Positions 18,722 to 28,782 of a stretch of DNA of 64,000 bases are shown in pieces. The stretch lies in contig CAZWXD010000015.1 in NCBI GenBank assembly GCA_964638035.1, positions 12,289-76,288 on the forward strand. The letters are read 5' to 3'. Each line of letters opens with the position of its first letter. Positions within the stretch are counted from its first letter, which is position 1. The stretch comes from an uncultured Gemmatimonadaceae bacterium (GTDB taxonomy: Bacteria > Gemmatimonadota > Gemmatimonadetes > Gemmatimonadales > GWC2-71-9). Position numbers and translations under genes: made by a program. A model generated the notes under the pieces. It was not told the DNA's origin, made no database searches, and saw only the letters and a program-made list of their open reading frames with translations.

Positions 18722-21700
18722 TTACTTCACCTCCCCTGTCCCTGTCTGCACAACCATCACCGCCGCACCGACCCAGTTGGTCTTTTCCAGGACGCCCGAT
18801 GACTCGACTCCCTGAAAGACCTCGTGTTCCGAAGTCGAGCCGACCCATCGCCTTGAGAGGGAGCCGTCTCGCCTGGCGGCGGCAATATCGGCCCCGGTAA
18901 CATCAGCCAGGTCCATCCCATCGTTCCACCTGGGCTTCCCGAGCTTCCAGTTGGTTTGCGACGCCACAAACTCTCCGGCAGTCTCACGCCCGAGCACAAA
19001 CAGCAGGTAGCCCATCCCGTCCGTCTCGGCCGCCTTCACGCTGAAGGACTGGCCCACCACCCCTCCGGCCCGTGGTGCGGCCGCGCTGGAGAGGACCATC
19101 CACCCCCGTGAATGATCCCGCTCCCAGGTACGTACGACGGTAAGCAGCGCAGCGCAGGTGCAGAGTTCATCGTAGGTGAAGGCAACGTCCAGGTTCAGCA
19201 CCTGGCCCGGGGCAACCCGCACGGTGTCGACATCGGGGTCGACCGCGACACCGTTCACCTTGAGTGCGAGCCAGCGGAGCCGGTGCATCTCCCGCTCGGG
19301 CCGCTCCGGCACGGTGAGTCGACCCATCGGCTCGCCGTCGACCAGGATCTCGGCGCTGGCGCCCTTGCCGCTGTCGGTGACGAGGGACACCGCGTTGAAG
19401 GCTGCGGAACCGTTGTCGAGGCGCGCGGACGAATCACCCCGTACAACAGTGCCATCGAGGCCCCGTAGCAGGACGAGCGCGCCGGAGTTTCCCGCCACCC
19501 TTCGACCGAGCCGGTCGCGCAGCTCGACCACCGGCGCCGGCGTCGCGGGTGAAGGGGCGAGCGGCTGCGTGGTCACGGCGATCACCACTGGTACGGACAC
19601 CCATCGGTATCCGACGAGGCCAAGGACCACGAGGAGCGACGCGGCGACCATGGCGACGGCACGCAACGGCACAGGACGCCGCACAAGCCAGGGGAGGCCC
19701 TGCACGATCGCCTGGCGCTCTTCATTGGGCACTTCGGGCGTGCACAGTTCATCCACCAGGATGGCGGCCGGCCGCCTGTCACCCTGGGTCCGCATGTTCC
19801 CGAGCCACGCGGCAACCCAGTGTCGCAGTTCCTGCACCTCTCCCCCATGCCACAGGTGACGGACTACGTCCCGCCTGGCACGGGCGTCACTTGCCAGCGG
19901 CGCGGCCCCCGTCGCCACCCGCCGGTGCATGGCCTCACGTTCAGCTGGCGGTGCCACTGCCTGCGCCAACTCCGCAACGGTATGGTGGTACGGGCGCCAT
20001 TCCCCCTGGCCTTCCGCAATGAGGCCGCCACGCTCCAGGCGGCGGCACGACTCCTCCAGTGTCGCACGATCAAGCGTAGTCAGTGCCCCGAGCTCATGAG
20101 CAGACGCAGGCCGCGCCCAGAGGGCCAGCGCGAGCAGGACCGCACGATCAGGCACCGGGCACCGCCGGAGTCGCTCCGCCGGGTCACGCATCTGGTCCCA
20201 CAGGCGAAAGAGTGCCTGCAGGTCATGTGCGCGCCAGGTCCCATCCGACAAGTGCAGCATGCCGAGGCTTGTCGCCTCGCGCAGTGCATCCAGTGCCCGC
20301 AGGGGGCTCCCCGCGCTCGCTAAATGAAGCCTGCCGCCGACCAGGTCCGTCACGTCATCGCTCTCGAACGATCCGACACCCGTGAGGAGCGCCGTCACGG
20401 CACCTGCATCGAGCGGCTCGAGCACAAGGCACGTCGTCGCATCGGCCTCCGCGCCCAGGGAGGCCCCGCCCGGCCGCGCCGTCGCCACGACAAGCACGGG
20501 ACCATTCACGCGTCGCAGCGCCCCGACGATCACACGCGCGGAGGTGGGATCCGCCCAGTGAACATCGTCGAGCAGGAGCGCAACCGGCCGCTCGTCTGCC
20601 ACCGCCTCGACGAGGTCACCCAGCGCCAGCAGCCGCCGCCGCTCACCCTCGTCGTCATTGGAGAGGTCGGGGTCAACTGCATAGATCGACGCCAGGCGCG
20701 GATCGAGAGCCACCAGGGACGCGGCGCTCTGCCTCGATATCGCACGGCCGCCGGGCCTTCCGGCAAGCTCACTCGCGAGGTCCGTAGCGAATGCGTAGGG
20801 CGTGTCACGTTCCTCCGGTCGCGCACCGACCAGGACGACTCCCGCTCCCGCAAGGCGCTGGCGCAGCTCCCTGAGTAGCCTGGTCTTTCCCAGCCCGGGT
20901 TCGCCCCGGATCTCGACCACCTGTGGATGCCTTTGGGTCGCGGCCTGCCAGGCCGCGAGCAGCGCCGCAAACTCTGCCTCACGGCCAACAAGCTCGGTGA
21001 GCTCCCACGCCGAACGCCCCGTGGGGCTGTCGACCGTGACTGGCATCCGACGCACCTCGGCAAGGAGGCGCGCCGTCGACTCCTCCATCGGGTGCTTCTC
21101 CAGCGCGAGCCGCGCCTCCAGCGCGTCGGCCTCGAGGAGAGCGGCAGGAAGCCGGCCGGCGATACGCATGATGTCGATAAGCAGCCGCCAACCGGCCTGC
21201 AGGTCCGGCGTTGCGTCTCGCAGGCGCCTGGCGATGGTGATGGCACGGTCCAGGTTGCCCTCGTCAACTGCCTCGGCGGCTGCCCTCTCGCTCAGCCGCA
21301 CGTAGGCGGCCTGCAACCGGGACCCGGTGGCGTTCGCCCAGTGCTCGAACTCGAGCGCTCCGGGCGTCGCGAATGGCTGGAAGAAGGGGCCGGCGTAGAT
21401 CCGCTCGGCGTCTGCAGCGCGCTGCTCCGTGACAGCCTCGAGGAAGTCCGCCACGTCGGATGCGACCGGCTCGGCCAGACGAAGGCGGTCACCTGACTGG
21501 ATCACGGCGCCCTGGCCCAGCCGGCGCCGGAGCTGCCACAGGGCCTGGCGCAGGGACTGCCGACCGCGTTCCACGGGGACATTCGCCCAGAGGAGGTCCA
21601 CCAAGTGGTCCCTGCTGGCCTCAGTACTGCCCAGTGCCAGGTACGTGAGCAACGCCAAGGGCTTCCCGGCCTCCATGGACACTGTTCGGTCGGCGTCCGA

Positions 21701-21841
21701 GGCGTGAAGCGCTGGACTCCCCAGGACACGGAGGTAGGGAGAGGGCACGGCCCAATATGGAACCCCATGCGACCAAAGGGAACGGCGGGGGGCTTGACGC
21801 CGAATTGACGCCCTGGCTGACGGGCTGCAGACGGCCGCCAC
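18722..21841 (-). CDS. Membrane-anchored SARP/BTAD + AAA(STAND-like) transcriptional regulator with an extracytoplasmic C-terminal domain
   Basis: 1039 aa. The N-terminus is an OmpR-type wHTH plus BTAD (LRVLGSPAL...GKPLALLTYLAL...LVDLLW...SLRQALWQLRRRLG...LEARLALEKHP). The P-loop is RGEPGLGKTRLL and the Walker B is VALLLDDVHWAD. One TM helix (AVAMVAASLLVVLGLVGYRWV) lies near aa 740, followed by about 280 aa with no motif I recognise. The start is the GTG at 21841 or the GTG at 21748. Confidence 0.8.
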   Translation of the reverse strand: MAAVCSPSARASIRRQAPRRSLWSHGVPYWAVPSPYLRVLGSPALHASDADRTVSMEAGKPLALLTYLALGSTEASRDHLVDLLWANVPVERGRQSLRQALWQLRRRLGQGAVIQSGDRLRLAEPVASDVADFLEAVTEQRAADAERIYAGPFFQPFATPGALEFEHWANATGSRLQAAYVRLSERAAAEAVDEGNLDRAITIARRLRDATPDLQAGWRLLIDIMRIAGRLPAALLEADALEARLALEKHPMEESTARLLAEVRRMPVTVDSPTGRSAWELTELVGREAEFAALLAAWQAATQRHPQVVEIRGEPGLGKTRLLRELRQRLAGAGVVLVGARPEERDTPYAFATDLASELAGRPGGRAISRQSAASLVALDPRLASIYAVDPDLSNDDEGERRRLLALGDLVEAVADERPVALLLDDVHWADPTSARVIVGALRRVNGPVLVVATARPGGASLGAEADATTCLVLEPLDAGAVTALLTGVGSFESDDVTDLVGGRLHLASAGSPLRALDALREATSLGMLHLSDGTWRAHDLQALFRLWDQMRDPAERLRRCPVPDRAVLLALALWARPASAHELGALTTLDRATLEESCRRLERGGLIAEGQGEWRPYHHTVAELAQAVAPPAEREAMHRRVATGAAPLASDARARRDVVRHLWHGGEVQELRHWVAAWLGNMRTQGDRRPAAILVDELCTPEVPNEERQAIVQGLPWLVRRPVPLRAVAMVAASLLVVLGLVGYRWVSVPVVIAVTTQPLAPSPATPAPVVELRDRLGRRVAGNSGALVLLRGLDGTVVRGDSSARLDNGSAAFNAVSLVTDSGKGASAEILVDGEPMGRLTVPERPEREMHRLRWLALKVNGVAVDPDVDTVRVAPGQVLNLDVAFTYDELCTCAALLTVVRTWERDHSRGWMVLSSAAAPRAGGVVGQSFSVKAAETDGMGYLLFVLGRETAGEFVASQTNWKLGKPRWNDGMDLADVTGADIAAARRDGSLSRRWVGSTSEHEVFQGVESSGVLEKTNWVGAAVMVVQTGTGEVK

Positions 21842-21874
21842 CTACAATGCCGCATCCTCAAACAGGGAGTCGAT

Positions 21875-23326
21875 GTGCGGAACTATGGCCGGACCCTCAT
21901 TGCCCTTGCCGCCTCGCTGGTGGCAGCGTGCGCTTCACCTGAACCGCAGGGACCTGCCGATGAGCCGGGAGGCGGCGAGGCGACAGTGTCGTTCCTTTCC
22001 GTGGCTCCAGGCATCGCCACGCTGGCCGTGACGATCACCGGGCCCGGGATTGACGTTCCACTCGTATTCAACCTGACGATCGATAGCGTGACCAATGTGG
22101 CTTCCGGTACGATCTCGGTGCCGGCGGGCAGCAACCGCCGGATCGTGGCCAATGCATTCGACTCGGCCGGGGTCAACACCCATCGTGGGGAGACGACGGT
22201 CAGCCTGGTGCAAGGAAACAACCCGGCAGTCACCCTGACGCTCATCCCCCTGCTCGGGGACCTTCCCATCGAGATCCTGGTTGGGAGCGCCGTGCTCGTG
22301 CTCACGCCGGAGACAACCACGGCAAACGTCGGCGACACGGTCACGTTCACATTCGCGGCCACCAGCGGACAGGGGGTCATCACGACCGGTCAGACCTGGG
22401 GCATCGGCAACACGGCGGTCGCGCGCTACGTGGGCGGTGGCCGGGTCCTGGCACAGGTGCCCGGCGTCACCACCGTGACGGTCAACACGCCATTTGGCTC
22501 GGTGCAGAGCACGCTCACGGTATTCGGCACCCTGACCGGCACTGTCCTCTACGAGTTCGACCCGGGCAACAGCCCCCAGATGTACCGGATGCTGCCGAAT
22601 GGTTCGGGGGCCGAGCGCGTACCCACCGGGCTTGCAAACGATATCCATGCCACCTGGGGACCTGGCAACGTCATGCTTGCCTTCTCCAGCTGGCCGGGTG
22701 CCTTCGACATGTTCGTGATGAATGCAGATGGTTCGGGCCGGATCAACGTTGCGAGCGCTGGGCCAAACTATACCCCTCACATCTCCCCTGATGGCGCACG
22801 CATAGTCTGGGATCGCCAGCTCGGCAGTGGAGATGCGGATCACGAGATCTTCACCATGAATGCGGACGGCTCTGGCGTGACCAGGGTGACGAACAACGGG
22901 AGCCGCGATTCGTGGCCGCGTTGGTCCCCTGACGGCACCAGGATCTTCTTCGATTCGAAGCGCGATGGCGACGATGAGATCTACGCAATGGACGCAGACG
23001 GCTCGAACCCCGTGCGCCTCACTGACACTCCCGGCAGCAACTTCAGGCCGATCCCCTCACCAGATGGCACGAAGATCCTCTTCACGTCCACTCGCGACGG
23101 GAACGCCGAGGTCTACGTGAGCAACTCCGATGGCAGCAACCCGCGGCGCATTACGAATGACGCCGCCGAAGATGTCGCCGCTGGCTGGTCACCCGACGGG
23201 ACGTACATCCTCTTCAACTCCCTCAGGGCCGGCAACCCCGACATCTATGTGGCCCTGCTCGCTGGTGGGACGCCTCGTCCCCTCACCTCGAGCCCTGCTT
23301 CGGAGGCCGCCAACGACTGGCGCTGA
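21875..23326 (+). CDS. Lipoprotein with Ig-like (Big_2-type) domains and a TolB-like PD40 beta-propeller
   Basis: 483 aa with the lipobox LAASLVAAC. A Big_2-like segment is present (VLTPETTTANVGDTVTFTF...VTVNTPFGSV). PD40 repeats recur (ISPDGARIVWD, WSPDGTRIFFDS, PSPDGTKILFTS, WSPDGTYILFNS). Confidence 0.85.
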   Translation: MRNYGRTLIALAASLVAACASPEPQGPADEPGGGEATVSFLSVAPGIATLAVTITGPGIDVPLVFNLTIDSVTNVASGTISVPAGSNRRIVANAFDSAGVNTHRGETTVSLVQGNNPAVTLTLIPLLGDLPIEILVGSAVLVLTPETTTANVGDTVTFTFAATSGQGVITTGQTWGIGNTAVARYVGGGRVLAQVPGVTTVTVNTPFGSVQSTLTVFGTLTGTVLYEFDPGNSPQMYRMLPNGSGAERVPTGLANDIHATWGPGNVMLAFSSWPGAFDMFVMNADGSGRINVASAGPNYTPHISPDGARIVWDRQLGSGDADHEIFTMNADGSGVTRVTNNGSRDSWPRWSPDGTRIFFDSKRDGDDEIYAMDADGSNPVRLTDTPGSNFRPIPSPDGTKILFTSTRDGNAEVYVSNSDGSNPRRITNDAAEDVAAGWSPDGTYILFNSLRAGNPDIYVALLAGGTPRPLTSSPASEAANDWR

Positions 23327-23735
23327 GCTGGCGCATGCGGGAGATGTGCATGGACACGTCCGGCCCACTCGGGCCGGGCGCGTCCCTGCCAATTACTGCA
23401 TCGAGCGGGAGGAGTGAGCGGTCGAGGCGGGACACGTAGTGACTCGCGCCTGAAGCGCTCCGGCGCGATGCCCATCCAGCCTCGCTTCACCTGAAGGATC
23501 TTCAAGCCTGCCACCGCCAGCAGGCTCCTGCCCGCCTGGGATGCGCACCCGTGGTGCGCCGGGATCCGCCTGGCGGCCGGGACGGGGACACCACCCAGCG
23601 AGACACCCTGCAGGTTGGACGAGACGGGTGACTGTCACCAGGTGGCTGCCCAGCGACCGCCACCTGGCATAGACGCCCTTTGCACCGCGCCAACGTACAC
23701 GATAGCCTTGAGCCCATCCACTCCACGGGGCGCAC

Positions 23736-24458
23736 ATGGCGGGTCATGAAGCGGCAAACGGGAGCATCATGTTGAGCGACGAGCACGCCGTCAACGAGGT
23801 CGTGAACCAGGCCGTGCTCGGGCTCTGGGACGTCGTCAACAGCCTCACCCGCCTCCGCCCCGCCCGGCGCGAGCGGTACCGGGTCACCATCTTCGGCTCC
23901 GCCCGCACCCGGCCCGGTACCCTGGGCTACGAGGAGACGAAGTGGGTCGCCAGGGAACTCGCCACGCTGGGCTGCGACATCGTGACCGGCGGCGGGCCGG
24001 GATTGATGCAGGCCGCCAATGAAGGCGCCGCGGAGGCAGGAGAGCGGGGACGCTCCATCGGCATCCGGGTGACGCTTCCCTTCGAGCAGAATGCCAACGA
24101 GTTCGTGAGCCAGGCCTTCGAGCATCGCACCTTCTTCACCCGGCTGCACCAGTTCGTGCTGGTATCCGATGCGTTCATCGTGGCACCGGGCGGCATCGGC
24201 ACCGTGCTCGAACTCATGATGATCTGGCAGCTCCTGCAGGTCCGGCACGTGGACCGCGTGCCCCTCGTCCTGGTGGGCACGATGTGGCCGCCGCTGGTGG
24301 AATGGGCCCGGAAGGAAATGCTGGCCACCGACCCGCCGCTCGCGAACGCCCTGGACATGGACATCCCGCGCTGCGCCTGCGACCCCGCCGGTGCCATCGC
24401 GATCATCCGCGAGCACCATGCGCAATGGCTGCTCGAGCACCCCGAGGCCGCGCGCTGA
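23736..24458 (+). CDS. LOG-family / TIGR00730 Rossmann-fold nucleotide-binding protein
   Basis: 240 aa with the motifs VTIFGSAR, VTGGGPGLMQAANEGA and APGGIGTVLELMMIWQLLQV (the PGGxGTxxE motif). Confidence 0.9.
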   Translation: MAGHEAANGSIMLSDEHAVNEVVNQAVLGLWDVVNSLTRLRPARRERYRVTIFGSARTRPGTLGYEETKWVARELATLGCDIVTGGGPGLMQAANEGAAEAGERGRSIGIRVTLPFEQNANEFVSQAFEHRTFFTRLHQFVLVSDAFIVAPGGIGTVLELMMIWQLLQVRHVDRVPLVLVGTMWPPLVEWARKEMLATDPPLANALDMDIPRCACDPAGAIAIIREHHAQWLLEHPEAAR

Positions 24459-24478
24459 CTGCACGGTTCCTGCCGCCC

Positions 24479-24505
24479 CCCCCGGGGCCGGACCTGGCCC
24501 GGGGG
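24479..24505. terminator. GC hairpin between convergent genes
   Basis: CCCCCGGGGCC-ggacct-GGCCCGGGGG forms a stem of about 10 bp with one bulge. It lies between the LOG gene stop (24458) and the beta-helix gene stop (24524). Confidence 0.4.
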
Positions 24506-24523
24506 TGGGGTGCAGGATCCCTC

Positions 24524-25954
24524 CTACAGCACCTTCGCAGGACATCCCACCGCATCGTACGCCTGCACGATGCCGTTGGGGACCTGGTTGCCGTCCACCA
24601 CCAGCGTGTTGCCGAGGTCGGCCGGGTTCCCGTACCACGCCTCGCTCCAGTCGAGGTTCCGGAGCAGGCGCAGGGTGAAGGTGGAGTTGAGCAGGTACGG
24701 CTGCCTCGACAGGCCCAGCGTCGTGGTGTGCCGGGAAAACGACACCAGCAGCTTGGCCTGGCAACTCTCGATAAGCTGGTTCCCGCCCAGCGTGACCGAC
24801 ACATCGCTCCGCAGGTTGGTGTTGGGCGCCGGGAAGGCGGCGTGCACGATCATGCCGAAGCGGTTGTTGGCCAGCAGGTTTCCCTGGATCACCGCATGCA
24901 CCGTGTTGTGCACGTTCGGGGCGCCGACCCCGAGCGCATCGACCCGGATGCCCGTGCCCACCGGGAGCCGCAGGTGGTCACGAACCTCGTTGTTCCGCAC
25001 GTCGGCCCACGTCGCCGCGGTGGGAAGCGGCACCAGCGGTTCAACCCCCTCGGGCACCGGCAGGTTCACCATGCCGGCCACCAGGATCCCCGGGATACCG
25101 CCCTCCTTGAGGTGGTTCCCGAAGGCGCTGAAGTGCCCGGGACCGGCCAGGCACATGTCGCAGGTGCCCGCCCCACCGCCCAGTGCGTTCTGGATTACGA
25201 ACGCACTTCCCGACCGGACATCGATCGACTCCGTGAACCCAGCGCCGAATCGGTTCCGCCGCACCACGAGTCCCGTGGCGCGGACGGAAAGGATGCCCTG
25301 TCCCCCGGCGCTGACGGCAGGATCGTGGCCCGACTGGAAGTCGAAGCCCTCCACCACGAAGCCGTTCCCCGCCGAGCCACCGGGGTGCGCATTCACGGCG
25401 ATGATGGGGATCGTCACGCCGTTCAGGATGGGCATCAAGCTGACAGGCGCCAGCGTGGACGTCCCGGTACCGACCACATCACCGGTGGCGCGCCCCCAGG
25501 CACCGAGCTGCACCTTGAGTGCACCGCGGAGGGTGATGTCCGGGACGTCCACCACGAGCGGGAAGTGCTCCACCAGGCCGGCCGCCGGCTCCGTGGCACT
25601 CCCCTGGTATACGCCAGGCGCCACGTTGATGGTGATGCGGCAGGCCGCGTCGGTCAGCTCTCCACGCGCGATCCGCCCTGCCCGGGCCGCCTCGAGGGCA
25701 GCACCGATGGTCGTGAACGTCCGGCCATCACCCGGGGTTGCATCCGCGGACACGGTGAGGACGGTGGGATAGCGATCGGCAGCCTTGCGGCAGGTGCTGC
25801 GCCCGCCCCAGCGATGCAGGTCCACCGTGGCATCGGCTTCATCGGCCGGGCCGGCAGTGGCGGCGTTCGGGTCGCTGGAGCAGGACGGGAGGACAGCGGC
25901 GGCCACCAACAGGGTGGCCAGCCTGAGTGCGATGGCGCTGGATGGACTGGGCAT
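24524..25954 (-). CDS. Lipoprotein with right-handed parallel beta-helix repeats
   Basis: The start was moved to the ATG at 25954 (MPSPSSAIALRLATLLVAAAVLPSC lipobox). Repetitive G/N/V-rich segments of about 22 residues (VVRRNRF, VIQNAL, VRNNEV, IQGNLLANNRFG) are typical of pectate-lyase-like beta-helices. Confidence 0.7.
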   Translation of the reverse strand: MPSPSSAIALRLATLLVAAAVLPSCSSDPNAATAGPADEADATVDLHRWGGRSTCRKAADRYPTVLTVSADATPGDGRTFTTIGAALEAARAGRIARGELTDAACRITINVAPGVYQGSATEPAAGLVEHFPLVVDVPDITLRGALKVQLGAWGRATGDVVGTGTSTLAPVSLMPILNGVTIPIIAVNAHPGGSAGNGFVVEGFDFQSGHDPAVSAGGQGILSVRATGLVVRRNRFGAGFTESIDVRSGSAFVIQNALGGGAGTCDMCLAGPGHFSAFGNHLKEGGIPGILVAGMVNLPVPEGVEPLVPLPTAATWADVRNNEVRDHLRLPVGTGIRVDALGVGAPNVHNTVHAVIQGNLLANNRFGMIVHAAFPAPNTNLRSDVSVTLGGNQLIESCQAKLLVSFSRHTTTLGLSRQPYLLNSTFTLRLLRNLDWSEAWYGNPADLGNTLVVDGNQVPNGIVQAYDAVGCPAKVL

Positions 25955-26145
25955 CTGGACCTCTCCGGGTGTGAGTGAACGAACTCGGCGCTCCACTCTG
26001 GCCCGCGGCCGTCCCGGCTCCGTCCCCGCATCATCACCGGCTCACCTCCCGCCAGCACCCCCCTGCGTTCCCGCGAGCCCGTACCGGCGTTAGAATCCCC
26101 GCGTTCCCAGGCCCGGCCACCGCCACCCCATCCCCCAAGCGGCCC

Positions 26146-28479
26146 ATGCGCTTTCATACTGCAACGTTCGTCGCCACCCTCGCCCTCCCCGGCCTGCTGC
26201 ATGCCCAGGGCGGCGCCAAGCCCTACCAGTTCACCATCGAGGACTACGCCCGCGCTGAGCGGATGCTGGCACCGACGATCATGCCGATGGTGAGCGGAAC
26301 CGCCTCGCAGGTGACCTGGCTGGACGATGGCCGGTTCTGGTATCGCGCCACCACGCCCACGGGCCTCACTTACATGGTGGTTGACCCGGTGAAGAAGACG
26401 CGGGTACCGGCCTTTGACCATGCGGCACTCGCTGCCGCGCTCGGCAAGGCCACCGGCAAGCCGATGAAGGCGGAGCGCCTGGCGCTGCCGCAGTTCTCGA
26501 TTGGCGCCCGGGACTCGATCTCGGTGGTGGTGGATGGCAAGCGCTGGACCTGCGACCGGGCGGGTACGGCCTGCGCCGAGCGGGGAAAGGTGCCCGCGCC
26601 ACCGGCAAACTCGAGTACGTCGCCCGACGGGAAGTCCGCCGCGTTCATCCGGGATCACAACCTGTGGGCTACTGACCTCGCCACCGGCACGGAGACGCAG
26701 CTCACGACCGACGGCATCGCGGACTTCGGCTATGCCACCAACAACGCGGGGTGGGTGCACAACGACCGGCCGGTGCTCACCTGGTCACCCGACAGCCGCC
26801 GGGTCGCGACCTTCCAGCATGATGGGCGCGGCGTGGGTGACATGGTGCTCGCCTCCACCACCCCGGGCGCGCCGCGGCTGGAGCAGTGGAAGTACCCGCT
26901 CCCCGGGGACAGCGTGATCTTCCGGATCGAGCGCGTGATCATTGACCGGACCGGCCCCACGCCGCGGGTGGTGCGGCTTCGCATGCCGCCCGATGCGCAC
27001 CGCTCCACCGTGAGCGACCATGTCGCCTGCGGTGGCAACACCGTGTGCGACCTGCAGTGGTATCCCGATGGGTCGCACGTGGCGTTCATCTCCAGCTCGC
27101 GCGACCACAAGCACGCGTGGCTCCGCATCGCCGACGCGACCACCGGCGAGGTGCGCGAGCTGCTCCACGAGACCAGCGCCACGCAGATTGGCGATGCCTC
27201 CTTCCCGGATGACATCTGGCGGGTCCTGCCCGCCTCGAACGAGCTGATCTGGTGGTCCCAGCGGGACAACTGGACCCACCTGTACCTCTACGACCTCACG
27301 ACCGGCGTGCTCAGGAACCGGATCACCACCGGGGAGGGCAACGTGACCGGGTTGGTGCGGGTGGATGAGAAGGCCCGCGAGATCTGGTTCACCATGAACG
27401 GCCACGAGGCGGGCCGCGATCCGTACCTCCAGCACCTCTACCGCATCGGGTTTGATGGCAAGGGCCTCAGGTTGCTGACCCCCGAGGTCGCCAACCACTC
27501 GGTGACGGTCTCGCCCAACGGCAGGTTCTTCGTGGACACCTGGTCCACGACCGACACGCCACCCACCAGCGCCCTGCGCGACCGGGATGGCAGGATCATC
27601 ATGCCGCTGGAGAAGGCCGACGTGTCGCGCCTCCTGGCCTCCGGCTGGCGCATGCCCATTCCGGTGACGGTGAAGGCCCGTGACGGCAAGACCGACCTCT
27701 ACGGCCTGATGTACGTGCCCTCGACCCTCGACTCGACCCGCAAGTACCCCATCGTGAACCACATCTACCCGGGCCCGCAGTCGGGGAGCGTGGGGCCACG
27801 CTCGTTCTTCCCGGCGCGGGGCGACAACCAGGCCCTGGCTGAGCTGGGCTTCGTGGTGGTGGAACTGGACGGGATGGGCACGCCGGGACGCTCGAAGGCG
27901 TTCCACGACTACTACTACGGGCGGATGGGCGACAACACGATTCCCGACCAGGTGGCCGGGATGAAGGAGCTGGCGACCCGCTACCGCTTCATTGACATCG
28001 ACAAGGCCGGCATCTGGGGACACTCGGGCGGCGGCTTCGCCACCGCCTCGGCGATGTTCGACTATCCCGACTTCTTCAAGGTGGGCATCGCCGAGAGCGG
28101 GAACCACGACAACCGGGTCTACGAGGACGACTGGGGCGAGCGGTACCAGGGGCTGATGGTGACGGCAGCCGACAGTGCCGGCTATGAAGCCGCGGCCAAC
28201 CAGTCGCGCGCAGCCAACCTCAAGGGCAAGCTTTTCCTCATCCACGGGATGATGGATGACAACGTGCCGCCCTACAACACCCAGCTGGTGGTGAACGCCC
28301 TGATGCGGGCCGGGAAGGACTTCGACCAGGTCATGCTGCCCGATGCTCGGCACGGCTTCGGGAAGGATTCACCCTACATCATGCGCCGGCGGTGGGACTA
28401 CTTCGTGGCGAACCTGCAGGGGAACATCCCCCCGAAGGAGTACCAGATCGGGAAGCCCCGGACCCCGGCGACGCCATGA
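26146..28479 (+). CDS. Dipeptidyl-peptidase IV-like serine peptidase (S9B)
   Basis: The start was moved to the ATG at 26146 (MRFHTATFVATLALPGLLHAQ signal). The protein has an N-terminal DPPIV-type propeller. The catalytic motifs are GIWGHSGGGFAT (Ser), HGMMDDNV (Asp) and LPDARHGF (His). Confidence 0.9.
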   Translation: MRFHTATFVATLALPGLLHAQGGAKPYQFTIEDYARAERMLAPTIMPMVSGTASQVTWLDDGRFWYRATTPTGLTYMVVDPVKKTRVPAFDHAALAAALGKATGKPMKAERLALPQFSIGARDSISVVVDGKRWTCDRAGTACAERGKVPAPPANSSTSPDGKSAAFIRDHNLWATDLATGTETQLTTDGIADFGYATNNAGWVHNDRPVLTWSPDSRRVATFQHDGRGVGDMVLASTTPGAPRLEQWKYPLPGDSVIFRIERVIIDRTGPTPRVVRLRMPPDAHRSTVSDHVACGGNTVCDLQWYPDGSHVAFISSSRDHKHAWLRIADATTGEVRELLHETSATQIGDASFPDDIWRVLPASNELIWWSQRDNWTHLYLYDLTTGVLRNRITTGEGNVTGLVRVDEKAREIWFTMNGHEAGRDPYLQHLYRIGFDGKGLRLLTPEVANHSVTVSPNGRFFVDTWSTTDTPPTSALRDRDGRIIMPLEKADVSRLLASGWRMPIPVTVKARDGKTDLYGLMYVPSTLDSTRKYPIVNHIYPGPQSGSVGPRSFFPARGDNQALAELGFVVVELDGMGTPGRSKAFHDYYYGRMGDNTIPDQVAGMKELATRYRFIDIDKAGIWGHSGGGFATASAMFDYPDFFKVGIAESGNHDNRVYEDDWGERYQGLMVTAADSAGYEAAANQSRAANLKGKLFLIHGMMDDNVPPYNTQLVVNALMRAGKDFDQVMLPDARHGFGKDSPYIMRRRWDYFVANLQGNIPPKEYQIGKPRTPATP

Positions 28480-28488
28480 CGCTGCCGC

Positions 28489-28510
28489 CGCGGGGTCGCG
28501 GTACCCCGCG
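28489..28510. terminator. Hairpin downstream of the DPP-IV-like gene
   Basis: CGCGGGGT-cgcggt-ACCCCGCG forms a perfect 8-bp stem, 10 nt after the stop at 28479 and just before a convergent small ORF. Confidence 0.4.
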
Positions 28511-28512
28511 CC

Positions 28513-28719
28513 TCAGCGCGGTGGGGGCGTTCCCGTGCTCCCGGTCCCGGCCTCGGTGGTGCTGGGAGCGGGCGCTGGAACCTGCCGGCCGCTGGTGCGT
28601 ATGATGGCCCAGACGAGGGGAATGAGCACGAGCGGCACCAGGAGCCAGGGAAGGATCTTCACGGCGCTCCGTGGCTCACGCTTGGGCTCCGGGGTGCCCC
28701 CGGCAGCAGGACCGCCCAT
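28513..28719 (-). CDS. Hypothetical small membrane protein (68 aa)
   Basis: Only the last 68 codons of track ORF 28513..29478 look coding. They run from the ATG at 28719: MGGPAAGGTPEPKREPRSAVKILPWLLVPLVLIPLVWAIIRTSGRQ.... There is one clear TM helix and high GC3. Confidence 0.35.
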   Translation of the reverse strand: MGGPAAGGTPEPKREPRSAVKILPWLLVPLVLIPLVWAIIRTSGRQVPAPAPSTTEAGTGSTGTPPPR

Positions 28720-28782
28720 GGCAGGACTCCAGGAAGGATTGTCCGGAAGATGCGCGTGCGTCCCGTCGGGGGCCAGCGGGCC

